The notes beneath the pieces are model-generated. The model saw only the letters and a list, made by a program, of their open reading frames with translations. It did not search any database and had not been told where the DNA came from. Source: Lepidodermella squamata (taxonomy: Eukaryota; Animalia; Gastrotricha). Taken from it: a DNA stretch of 64,000 nt. Position 1 is the first letter of the stretch; the number at the start of each line of letters is the position of its first letter. Position numbers and translations under genes: made by a program. The stretch is taken from contig JBLDXI010000036.1 of the NCBI GenBank assembly GCA_047495785.1, forward strand, positions 496,001 through 560,000. Reading direction: 5' to 3'. Of this stretch, positions 24,119 through 35,815 are shown piece by piece.

Positions 24119-25992
24119 TCAATATTCCCTTTCTCCTCTTCTTTTAGCGTTCGGGAATATACAGATATGTGTGTTTCCGTAAACCGCAAGCAGCGGAGAT
24201 ATCATCTCATCGCCAAGTGGGCCGATGGCAAATTTGACGAAGAAGCATGTTATTGGCAGACTTTGTTAGATTAGGGGTTCCATTCATCAAAATCAATGTT
24301 TTCAGAAGAAATAATTGAAATCAAATACCACTGATGCTGATTGCCAGAATGTATAAAATTCTCGCAGTCAAAAACATGTGTAAACAATTTGTATCACTTT
24401 GAGCATTGTAGTTTAGAACTGTTCAAACTAAAAATATTACTCGATCTAAAAGAATAATGAATTTTCAAAATCCTGACGGTACCATCCCTGGCGGTACTTC
24501 GCTCTCCGAATTTTCAAAATCCTGACGGATCATAACTTGTAAGAAGGTGTCTTTAAACAGGGTGCTTTCATCGTAGGATAACTGTAGTGGTCATGCCAGC
24601 CATTTCCATCATTCCGCACAGTTAACGCGATCACCGACCTTTCCATTTCTGCTGTCCTACTTCGCTCTTTGATTCCTACCACTTTTCTGAACCCTCAAAC
24701 AAAAGTGTTTTAATCGGAAATCGGAAGGCATTGAACTAGGTGTGATCAGTGGATGGAACGCAATGTAACCGGAACAATGTACAGACCCGGGAAAACCCGT
24801 CCTTTTTGGAATTTTCAAGCAGGATGAGCTCTGAGTTCCGAGACCGAGTTGAGTTCCTAAATTTGGACATCAAAACTTGAAGAAAAAAAATCAATAAATT
24901 CGCCAAACCCCATTTTTCCTTATTTACGTTTAATTGTTCTGAACTTAGAAATAATTAGGAAGATCGTTAGGAATTCAAATTTTTAGTAATTTTGTATTGT
25001 ACAGTATTGCTGCAGGATCATATTTACATTTGAGAAATGTACGGTTGAGAAAAGGATGGCGAACCTTTTCAAAATTCACGGTATTCCTGTGAGACGAGGT
25101 TGAAATGTTGCTGTCTATAGATCAATAAAAAGCTGTTGGCGGCTAATATTAGGCTGATTCCTATCTCCGAAGCGGAAGATGCAAATTTTGACATAAAATT
25201 GAGCTTTTTCTAGCCAGTTTTAGCAGCAGGTGGAGCGCACGTAACTGACGCGAATTAGAGCTTAAGCTCCTTCTGCTTCCTGGAACTGCTTCAAAAAGCC
25301 AATTTTAGGTGAAAAAACGCAAAATAACTCCTATCACTATAGTAGTCGCGTCGATTTCACTGGCGGTTCCGGAATCCGAAATCTCAACCGAAGACACAAG
25401 GTCAGCGCATGTAAGATTTTTTATCAACTTAGTCCGACGACCAACCTTGCACCAACCTTGTATTTTTCTTCAGCCACTGTACTTGAGTTAAACAGTGGAA
25501 TTTCTAGGCGTGCGCTGAATCGACCAATCAGCTATGACTCCCAGATGAAACATTATGGTCGTACGATCCATATGATTTTTCGCAGCATGTGATGTTTTGC
25601 GGCAGTAATTAGTAATTTACAGCGATTAGCATGGAGTTTACGCTCGTGGTCAAAGGAAACCGTGCAGAGGGCGTGGCAAGGTCACTTTTTACAAAAATAG
25701 AAAATAATTTATCAGTGGATCGCACGGCAAGGATGTTTCATCCCGGAGTGATCATGTGACATAGATAGCACGCCGGCTGGCCGAAAGACGCGTTCGCTTT
25801 TTTCTCATGAATATTCAGAATGATTTGCAGCCTAAACAAATCAAAATGACTCCATTCGAATTTGTTAAAAAATTTGACAGCCCCCCTCTCCCCCTCTCAA
25901 CCCCTCGCAAACAAAACCGGTCTAATGACTTACAAATTGCTCTGTCAAATTGCGATTGGTATAGGGTTTATTTTCAGTAATTTTACAGAAAG

Positions 25993-28300
25993 ATGCCTAC
26001 CTTCACTGCGTTCATTGCATTCACCTCCGTCGTTTGCTTTTCAGGTAAGTATTCGATTATGAGTAATCCCACTGTAAAAACGAGATTTCTACTTAGTACC
26101 CTAAGAAGTAACCATCACTGCTCTTGGCGATTGTTACTTTAAAGTATTTTCATTCTTACTTTTGAGACTCTGGTTCCCAAATAGCACGGTCTTAAAAAGG
26201 AATAATTCTGAATCGCTGCTAATGAGCACGGTCTTTATAATTAATAATTTTATATTGTTCCTATATAGCCGATTCCTACGGTAGTTTTGCGGTAGTTTGG
26301 GCGGTAGTTTTACGGTATTTTTACCGTACTACTGCCGCGAACTAAAAATTCGGGTCAGCTTTGATTTCTACCAAGCTTAAATGAACTTTAATTCAAGCCC
26401 AGCAAGGATTAACGATAGCCAGGATCATTCTCTACATTCCTACTTTATAGCAAAAGTTTCACAGCACAAAATCGCGTCGAAAGTCACTAAAATGGGCCAA
26501 ATCGCGACATTTTGGCAACCTTTGCGCGCAGATTCTGGACGAACGGGCTATCGCCGGCGCGATTTTCGCATAGCATTAGATAGCAGGCTTCATTCTCTAC
26601 AAGATAAACGCGGCTCAACTCGCGCCAGGTGGAATTTCATTGCGAAAAGTCGCGTCGAAAAGCTAACTTTTGACTAGGTCCGTGCGCTATCGGTATTTGA
26701 TAGTGATTCTAAAGGATAAAATGTATTCCTATTATATTGGTTTACTTTTTTATTACTTTGTAATGGCATGTACGGCCACGTGGTCATATAACGTCATTCA
26801 TAATACCGTTTACGCTGGATAAATGACAATAATAATCGCGTATTGCACTCATAATGAATGAAAATCATGTCATTGCAGCCAATTTTAATTTTCAAACGAA
26901 ATTAATTATTTCTAGCTGGAATTTTGAGTTTTACAGCGTAAATGAGTTTGATAATCGGTATTTTGCTGATTCTGGTCCAAATGACACGTTTTTCGGTATA
27001 TTTGGGATTTGTTTCTCATTGCGGTAGTCTTGCGGTAGTTACGAGGTACTTTTTCGGTAGAACACCCGAAAAAATACCGAATTATTCGTAATATGGCACC
27101 GTCTTATTTAGAAGACTTTGAGCTAAAAAACGGCTTTTCAGTAATAATTATTCAGCTACATTTTACGCCTAGTATACCTCAAAAAACGGACACGATGTAA
27201 AAGCGCATTTTATTTCGAAATGATTTAACACTTTTGTTCGAAATTCGGACGTTTTCCTCATATTGCCGAAAAATAAGTATAAAACTGATCATGAGTGGTA
27301 ACAAAATTCAGAAATACGAAAAACGGGGCAAACAGACAAGAAGATCGGGAAAAAAATGGAGAATATAGTTCGCATGTCACAATAAATTCTCGCACAAACT
27401 AATGTTTAGAGGCGGCGCGATGTCGTCTTCTTGATTTCTCGGAGTTTTCTGGTCGGTCGATTAGCAGCATTATTAGGTACGAGGTGCAGCCTTCAGCGAT
27501 CGCGTGCCACATGTTCCATCTAAATAAGACAAATCGAAAAATTAACTAAGCATGGCATTGGAACGTTCTTGATTTCTGATAAAAATAATTCACTAAATTA
27601 TATTTTCCGATTTTATCAAATTTTCCACACAAAATTGAACTACTAGGTTTTAATTTGGACAAAAAAACAAGCTTACCACCAGAAAATAATAGCTCGATGG
27701 ATGAAATTCAGTCGCTGAAGGCAAAACGTTTTACTAAATGTTTTGAATTTTAACTAGATATAACCGGATCCAGAGTTGTCCCCGGGTCGGATTCGGGTCC
27801 ACCCCGTGAACCCGACACTGGGTAGCTGTAACCTAGACTTGCATTCACCTCCGTCGTCGGCTTTTCAGGTAAGTATTCGATTATGAGTAATCCCTAATGG
27901 ATAAATTATCATCCCGTGCCCTACAACAGAAACAGTGGCTATTCAATGCTACGTCACTAACGGAGAAGGCGGATACACGACTGCGACAGGTTGCGGTGTG
28001 TGCAGCAAAGGCTACGCCAACGTTGACGGCATCGAATTGATTGAGAAGAGGTGCTGGCCGGGCACGCCTGGCACTATTAACCCAGAGTGCCAGACTGACA
28101 TTGTTCGCGGCTATTCGGTGCGTGTTTGCCTGTGCAACGACCGCGATTTCTGCAACAGCGCCCCACCTTCAGCAGCCTCCTTCTCGGCTATCACCATCAC
28201 TTTCATCGCAGCAGCTTTTTTTTTGCTTAATAGACCCGAATCAAGTTTTACTATCCAGCAAAAACATTTACCTAAAGTCCTAATTTGTATTGAGAAATAA
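25993..28300 (+). CDS. Ly6/uPAR (three-finger, quiver-like) GPI-anchored protein
   Basis: Exon 1 25993-26044 (MPTFTAFIAFTSVVCFS), exon 2 from 27930 (ETVA-IQCY...CGVCSK...KRC...C...CLCNDRDFCN), followed by a Ser/Ala spacer and a hydrophobic tail. Confidence 0.85.
27728..27894 (+). repeat. Chimeric local duplication inside the Ly6 intron
   Basis: 27728-27840 copies ~22607-22734 (flank, TSD and left part of the hAT MITE). 27841-27894 copies 26017-26070 (exon-1 end and donor). Confidence 0.9.
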
Positions 28301-28394
28301 ATTTCGCGGTGTCCTAATTAGAATCAAACAAGCGATCTTTAAAAGGTTCATTAGACTGTTACTCTCGCTGTCTATATTTTTCTCCGAATTGATA

Positions 28395-29512
28395 TCAGTC
28401 AAAGCGTTTGCACGAAAAGTTGGCAAATCCAAGCGCGACATCCAGCGCTTTCTTGATAGCATCCTTCGCGGCATCACCAGTTGGCGCATACCCAGCCTCA
28501 ACCGCCGCAGCAACAGCTCGAGTTGTAGCAAGAGAAACCTTCTTGATGTAGTCCTTGCAAGCATCACGATCGCTACAGCAGATAGCTCCGAAATCGTGAG
28601 GACGCGATGAAGGGCATGCGTTCCAGCAAACTGGACCAACAGGTGCCGAACCATCCGGGCAGTGGGGGTAGCACAAACCAGCGTCGTAGTGCTGGTCCTT
28701 AGGGCAGCTCATCGGGTAACCAGCCCCGCGACCATAGCTCTTCTTCGCATAGGTGTGAACATCGATGCGGCAAGTGCAGCCGTCGTTTTTGTATCCCGAG
28801 GGGCAGTGGGAACAGCCTTTTGAGAGGGTTAGGCCACACTTGTCGTACCATGGGCAGTTGTGGTTGTCGGACGAGATGATAGAGGTTGGGCGGGTGCAAA
28901 GGGCTCCGGTATCTGTGTATCCATCACGACAATATTCCCAGCACTGAAAAATAATTTCGAAATCGCATTAAACCATATGAATCAATGAAAAATCACAATC
29001 GGTTCAAAAAGGATCCCAAAATTTTTAGATCCCGGATTCTACTAGGTTTCAGACTTCTAAGGCCCTTCCAGACTCCTGAAACTTGACAATTCCTTTCTTT
29101 GAAGACTATCATTAAGAGAGACTTCAGGAGGATGTTTTGACTTACGACAGGGCCGACTCCCTTATAACCATTGGCACAAGGCGGATAGCAAAGAAGGCCG
29201 TCTTTCTCCAGGCCATCCCGGCAAGTGCTAACAGGCTTGCCAACGCCTCGAGTGGTTGTTTCCTTCCAGCAAAGGCCCATTTTTTCCTTCATGATCAGGA
29301 TGACATTAGTCATATTAACGTGCTCCAGGGCTAGGCCAATCAGCTGCTTTATCGGGCTCGTCTCCTCATCTTCGTCATCGACGTAGCCGGAAAGACTGAA
29401 ACGAGCGTTGGCTAAGAGGAAGAAGAAAAGTTCAAAATTCTCAATAGTCTGATTAGAATGACGAACCCTTGCAAAATATTGCGGCCAAGAGGAAAACGAT
29501 GTAGAACTTCAT
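28395..29512 (-). CDS. Secreted Cys-rich protein with two GRG.G...C...G.CY..C..G...VGPVCW..C repeats (3 exons)
   Basis: MKFYIVFLLAAIFCK|ANARF...LCWKETTTRGVGKPVSTC...LCYPPCANGYKGVGPV|CWEYC...KSYGRGAGYPMSC...LCYPHCPDGSAPVGPVCWNACP, then an Ala-rich helical tail. GT-AG introns keep the frame. Confidence 0.85.
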
Positions 29513-29770
29513 TGCGAGCGTAGAAAAATTCGGATTTGATCGAACCTTAATATTTGCCCCTTATATATGGTGACATTTGGGTAAAAAAAGTACGTCAGAG
29601 CCTTTGGGTACCTGGAATCTGCTGGGAAAAGCAAGCCGTTTTCTCAGTGAGGCCAAATCGTGATAAAAACACCCAGTTTGACTGACTTTCCGTCCTAACA
29701 AGCGATTTATTTGTTCAAGATTTAAGGCGATAAATTAAAGCAATTGTCAGGCTTTGATATATTTTTTGGA

Positions 29771-31030
29771 TCAATTCGACGGATTTTCAACTGCGGTAGA
29801 ATTTGCTTTAGCTTCGGCTGAGGCGATGAATTCCTCGGATAATTTCCACAGCCGCTCAGCTTTCACGTCATCCTTCGCAATGTTCCAATGCCCAATTCCA
29901 GTCACAGCCTTCGAATCACTGAAATAGCCACCGCTGTTTGTAAACTCCAGCCCAGGCTCACAAGCACAGTAAATCGTCGTAGCTGCTCCTTTTTGCGGTG
30001 ACATAGCGAATAAGGACTGAATAGGGTCAAACCAGGCCATGAACGCTTTCGATTGGTTCTTTTTCGCAATTGTGGTCCGAACGAATCCGGGGTGAAGTGA
30101 AAACACAGCAACTCCACTTTGAGCCGCAGAAAGTGTATCAGCTCCATTCAAAATTTGATGAAGCCTCCTTGCATGCAGGATGTTCGCGAGCTTCGAATGG
30201 TTGTCTATGAAATTTGTGGTGAATTTATTCGATTTTAAAGAATTTAAGACTTACAGGCTCGTAACGCGTCGTACTTGCCCGGCTCTTCGCAGTTCAAATC
30301 TTCGATGTCAAGCCCCTTCGGCCAGCAGAATTGATGAGCTGAGGATGCGACTATCACGATCCTAGACGGCTGGCTCTTCTTCAAAAGCGGAAGCAGTTCA
30401 TTAACCAGTAAGAAGTGGCCCAAATGATTGGTTCCAAAAGTTAGCTCGAACCCATCTTTCGTAAAGTTCCTCTTATCATTCGGCGCATGGACACCGGCGT
30501 TGTTGATTAGAACATGTAGGACCTGTTCAGTTTCTAGAATCTTCTTGGCGCAGGTTCGGACAGAGGCGAGAGATGAAAGATCTAGTTCGATCACTTCCAA
30601 GATGCAAGTTGATGAACTCTCGCCGAGCTTCTCCTTGATTGAATTCACGGCTTCTTGAGCGGATTGAACGTTGCGACAGGCCAGGATGATTTTGGCCGCC
30701 CCTCGTCGAGCGAGTTCAAGGACAGTTTCATAGCCGATGCCAGCGTTTGCTCCTGTAAAATGTGAAGACGACATTGACGTTTAATAATTACTTCAAGAAG
30801 GGAAGACATGTCTTATCGTCAGTTACTTTGATTTTTAGTCGTGATCGATTTTTTAGAAAATAATTTGGAAAATTTCTGAGGATTTTTTTCTGATTTTGAA
30901 GTAAATCTGAACCTTAAGAATCTTCAAAATCCTTTTAAACAAAATTCAGCTCTGAAAAATAATTGTTCAAACCTGTGATGAAGACAACTTTGTCTTTAAT
31001 GGTCCATGTGGATTGAGTAGCCGCAGCCAT
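29771..31030 (-). CDS. Short-chain dehydrogenase/reductase, RDH11/12/13-like (3 exons)
   Basis: VFITG|ANAGIG, INNAG, TNHLGHF, catalytic Y|NHSK split by an intron, HPGFV. Confidence 0.92.
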
Positions 31031-31548
31031 TTTTTGGAATACTTGTATTAACTGTTTTTACGAACTGAGGAACGAATTGTGTCGCGAACGTGGGCCTTTA
31101 CTACATGGATAAGGCTTATCTCGAGACGGGCAACGTGCTCAGAAAAAGTGACCCCTTCTTAACGGAAACAAGGTAGATTAGCCTAGCTAGTTTTTCATTA
31201 TTCAGTCTGAAGGGCTTATCATACCAACCGGTCAGCGAGCTTGTACATCAAGTTCATCATCTTGCTCTTTGGCAAAACATGCTCAATTTCCTCATTACCT
31301 TGGTAGCTAGGCTTGACTTAGGCTTCGTAGAGAACAAGTTTGATCTATTTTAGGCCGATTCGAATGACTAAAATCTTCATGGATTCAGATTTTTAGGTAA
31401 AAGAGTCAATGGTTTGCGTTATTGAGGTTATCTGGGTTATCTGGCTTGATTTTATTCTGCACCATTCACAGTATTTTATCGAGCTAAATCAAGAGGTTCT
31501 AGCAATGAAGTATCGCTGTTACCGCGTTATCTTAATCCACACACAAAG

Positions 31549-32664
31549 TCACTCAAATTTCAAATAACGAAGCAGAGCAGGCGGTAAAACGCCGTCCAGT
31601 CCAATATCTATAGCCTCGATTCGTTTCTTACAACCGGGTGGCAGGCGGTTGAGAACCACCGTTCTGCACATCGCCTGTAGCTTCATCGGAAAAAGCTGAG
31701 CCACGTGAGGAATCAACATTTGTCGCAATCTCGTGCTTTCAACGCCATCGCCGGTTCTTGGCTTGAAGTTCGCCGGGTTGAATGACGATGTCATTCTTGC
31801 GACGAGAAGAATTTCAAACAAGCGATTGTCTAGCTGGCTCGGATTATTGATCCTTTCATAGGCAAATCTTGACAAAAGGAGGCTAGTGAAATAATCATCC
31901 TTAGCGCAGCATTCGCACATCATACCAGCAATTGCCAGGGTTTTAAAAAATTCAGCCTTCACACCACCAGGGAAAACAACCAGCTGCATCCCGTTCAAAA
32001 CAACGAGATCTGCCGCGCGGAGAAACAAGTCAACCATACAGGACCTCCATACACGAAACTTTTCCTCAGGTTGATGGGTAGCCTCTAGATGCGCCCCGGA
32101 TTCAAGCAGAAACTTCGCAATGTCCCAACAGTTATTGAAGTAGGCAGTATTCAATGGAGATGATTCTCCGCTTGGGAAATTCAAATTCGCCCCACGGGCT
32201 ACCAGAAGCTCAACCAACGGCATCAGCCGATAGACCACACACAATTTCAAAGCTGTGTATCGAAATGAATCGACGTAATCGATTTCGGCGCCGTGGTCTA
32301 GCAATACGCTGACTGTTTTTGAACGATCTACGACACGGTCGCTATCTCGATGTTGTTCTGTAGTATGCAGTGAAACTTGGTTGAGTTCAAGCGCTCGAAT
32401 AGATGGATCGCAAGCTGCTTTTAAGCACGTATAATCGGATGTGAGAAGTTGATAATTTGGATAGAATCCCTTAATTTCCAAGTTGACTTTTCGCGTTGAT
32501 AACAGGTAACTGAGGCATTTGTGGCTTGCTGCAGCGCTGACTACTCGAGCGATTTTATCGGCACCCAGTACTGAAACAGCGTTATCGAGGTCAGACGAGA
32601 AGAAGGCAAGGTCGTCGTCTTCGCAGGCCTGGGCAAATTTCGCATAGTTGAAGTTCCTTCTCAT
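31549..32664 (-). CDS. Ankyrin-repeat and SOCS-box protein (ASB-like)
   Basis: Ankyrin motifs (LLDHGAEID, LVARGANLN, LLESGA) and a C-terminal SOCS box PMKLQAMCR...LPPALLRYL. Confidence 0.88.
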   Translation of the reverse strand: MRRNFNYAKFAQACEDDDLAFFSSDLDNAVSVLGADKIARVVSAAASHKCLSYLLSTRKVNLEIKGFYPNYQLLTSDYTCLKAACDPSIRALELNQVSLHTTEQHRDSDRVVDRSKTVSVLLDHGAEIDYVDSFRYTALKLCVVYRLMPLVELLVARGANLNFPSGESSPLNTAYFNNCWDIAKFLLESGAHLEATHQPEEKFRVWRSCMVDLFLRAADLVVLNGMQLVVFPGGVKAEFFKTLAIAGMMCECCAKDDYFTSLLLSRFAYERINNPSQLDNRLFEILLVARMTSSFNPANFKPRTGDGVESTRLRQMLIPHVAQLFPMKLQAMCRTVVLNRLPPGCKKRIEAIDIGLDGVLPPALLRYLKFE

Positions 32665-33114
32665 TATGAAAGTGCGTAATCAATGATATCAAGTGATATC
32701 AAGTTATAAACGGGGACTTACTAACTGATAAGGAATGCGATAAGCAGCATGTTAGGAAATTGCGATATCTAGATGGGTAGGAGTAATTCAATCTTCATAA
32801 ACAAATTCCGGGTCCAAATGGCTTAATTTTGTTCTCGTCAACCTCAAACCTAGGAATGTCGATGTCTTCCTGTCATTCTTTCCATCTAATTTTCCAATCT
32901 TCATTCTCAGAAGCTGTATTCGAGTCAAGAAAATTGAATACAATGGGGGCACTCGGCAGGGTTCGAACTGGTTCAAATCCAAGCGCGGTTTTTTCAAAAA
33001 GCGTTTTTGAGGTGTTTTCACGCAAAAAACCTCAAATTTCCAAAGTTAACAGCCAGCCAGAAGTCGTCTAGGAGTCATTATGTCCCTAGGATCAATACCG
33101 CATAGCTTAAATAA

Positions 33115-33297
33115 AGGGCCGCTTCTAGGATTTATGAGCAGAAGATCAAACATTTTATTTACGAAATCAATTAAAATTATAATGGGCGGTTAAGGCGCTG
33201 AGTGCCATGAAAATGGTAGGTGCCGCCCTTTTGCAAATTGAGCTCGAATAAACTTACTAGGATCGTGAGTTCCTTATCTGTTACAGTGTTGTCTATG
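33115..33297. repeat. Dispersed repeat shared with 48151-48367
   Basis: AGGGCCG.TTCTAG.ATTTATGAGCAGAA...GCAAATT.AGCTCGAATAAA...TTACAGTGTTGTCTATG occurs upstream of both ASB-like genes. Confidence 0.7.
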
Positions 33298-33490
33298 CCA
33301 TCGGATTTCTAAAACTGGGCAAAGTGGAATTCATGGGAAATTCTCTCATTTTTGCGAAATTCATTGATCGACCCGCAAAAGCTATTAGAATTACATGTAT
33401 AAAAATGTGTATAAAACTGATAATTAGCCATACTGATCACCAATTTATTTAGCTGGCGTAAAATTTCCGTTACCTGCTGCATGTTACCTG

Positions 33491-34618
33491 TTACATGATC
33501 AAATTATACGTGATGATATTTAGAAATGATAGAATTATGAGGAACACTTGGAATGCTATGAAATCCACAATATACCGAACGCTAATTTGTTTCCTCAAAC
33601 AAGCAACGTTGATCGGTCTATCAGCTGTTTCGGGGAATCGATTGATAAGCGTGCACATCCCACCGAAGTACAGCGTGCAAAGCATAGCAAATATTGTCTG
33701 GCCGAGGATGTAATACGAAATCACAATATGCCGCGGTGTTCGCGGTAAAACGGCCGAAATTTGGCTTTGAAGCACGAAAATCGACATCATGATAGTTGCG
33801 GCGAACGTCGGCCGATCCGGAGCATCAGGCGGTACTAGGAAGCTACCCAGAACGAGGATAGTGAGAATAAAGCTCGGAGCTATGAGGCTGAGAACGAAAT
33901 AATCGGGCTTCCTCCCGAGCTCAAACCTGAAAGTGACCCTTTGCAACTTTTAATTGGCACTTTTGATAGTATCGTCTTGAAACTTCACGTCAGAGCTGAC
34001 GTTCAACAATTTCCAGTTAGCGTTGTCTGGCATAAAATCTTGGGATAGCCCTAGAATGTAGGCGTCTTTAACTGCGATATTTTCGAGGATTGCGCTGAGC
34101 TTCAGCCTGATTTCACATGTTTGGCTATCGAACGGGAAGGCGAAGAGCTGTAAATTACAAGACGAAACAATAACGCCGTAGAAGGCATGCGTGAAAAGGC
34201 CCGTTGACATGTTGACCTCCATTCGCCTTAGCGAGCCATCGACGCTCGCTTCCATGCCGATGTTCGTCAGGCTGTTTTCATGCATCAGATCAGGCACCCA
34301 GAACATTTCAGGGTCGATTCGGATATTTTCAAGGTTTTTACGCCATTCCGGGTCGTGGTAAGCCTTTGCTACGCACGGCACAATCCAAGTGACCATGACA
34401 ATGCCTACAACTGTTAGCGTCTCGCCTACATCGTCGATTTCGCGAAATCGCTCGCCGTAGAAGGAAACGTTGATTTTCGTTGGCACACCTTCGCTTTCTG
34501 ACGGCGAATTGATGTGACGACCGACGTTGCACCGCGAATGGATGAAGTCGGTCGTGGAAGAGTTGTTGAAGCAGAATGCTGTGTTACTCAAAAACAACAG
34601 AGCGAATAAACTAATCAT
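33491..34618 (-). pseudogene. Cys-loop ligand-gated ion channel subunit with one in-frame TAA
   Basis: Signal peptide, W.PD, Cys-loop CNLQLFAFPFDSQTC, four TM helices, short M3-M4 loop, intronless. The 33950-34705 and 33491-33946 ORFs are the same frame separated by TAA at 33952-33950. Confidence 0.85.
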
Positions 34619-35815
34619 TGGTTTCCAGCAAAAACTCCTAAAATAGCGTCTAATAGTTACTCTAATACAATGGCGAATTCTTCCTACTTTAGCAATACGT
34701 GACAATAATGGCTTGAGGTAAACATTTTTTTCTCAATTAGTCAGGATTACTAATAAATATTAGTCTTACAAATGTTTGCATTGGTTTTTACTAGTGAGTT
34801 CCGGCAATCCTGTTTCTGTTTACTCAGCAGTGTCTTCTGGAAGATTTACTACAATTTTAGTTTTCGGGGTTTTCCCTTTCCTATGTTCTGCTTTTTGCCT
34901 GAAAATCATTCTGACATTTTTGAATTTCTATCACGGAACTTTTGACATGTACATGGTAACATGGATCTTGGTAACACGTAACACGCCACACGACTTTCAG
35001 TACACATTTTGATGATGAAAAAGACTGATCCGAGTCAACAAACGAGATTCATTCAATTTATGAGCTTTTCACTTTTTCGATCATTTCCTCTGATATTTTC
35101 CACTCACGTGATTCAAAATGTTGCCCAAAACGGACAGACAAATGGCAACGTAACGGTCAGACTGTGTGGCATTCAGTTCATTTCCGGGAGAACCGTACAT
35201 GATAGCTGATAAAACTCTGCATATTCGAAATCTGCGCACTTGATTACCTCTCCTGTTAGCAAATACCGAAGCAATCGGAATGACCGATCAATTTTTGATT
35301 TTTGATTTTTGATTATCGATTATCGATTATCGATTTTGAGCCGATCGGTTGATGATAGAAGTGATTTTGTTGTGATTTTTGAAATCAACATACCCTGATT
35401 ACATTTACTGGTACTTTGCCGTGAATAATCATGGTTATCGATTATCGACTATTGATTATATCGATTATTAGTGCCAAAAATCAATCACCTCCCAGGCTAT
35501 GGGAAACCGATCGGTCTGATGACGGGCGTCTGATCATGAACAACTGAGAAAAAATTATAAGAAAATCTATCACCGTTCATGAGAAAATACGTTTGGAATT
35601 TCTGGCCTAAATGGGACATTGACGCGGACATAACCGTATATCTGAGGCAAAAAGCTGCTTACTGGACACATTGACAAATTCGATTACGATATGAACCTCA
35701 TGCATGGTTTTAGAAGTCGGATGATTCTTGACAGAAAATAGTTTACTCATAATAAGCTTGATAATGCTCGATACAGCATCAGATGAAAGAGAAGTATTAA
35801 TTAGTTCGCACTCAC

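Noticed and set aside
26070-27110. CAC-starting element with GCGGTAGTTT subrepeats in the Ly6 intron
   Set aside because: Probably TE-derived, but a matching right end and TSD could not be identified.
28280-28654. Overlapping ORFs on both strands between the Ly6 and Cys-repeat genes
   Set aside because: Shadow frames of the 28395-29512 gene with no independent motifs.
35285-35470. (GATTATC)n and (GATTTTT)n tracts
   Set aside because: Simple subterminal-type repeats with no definable TIR or TSD.
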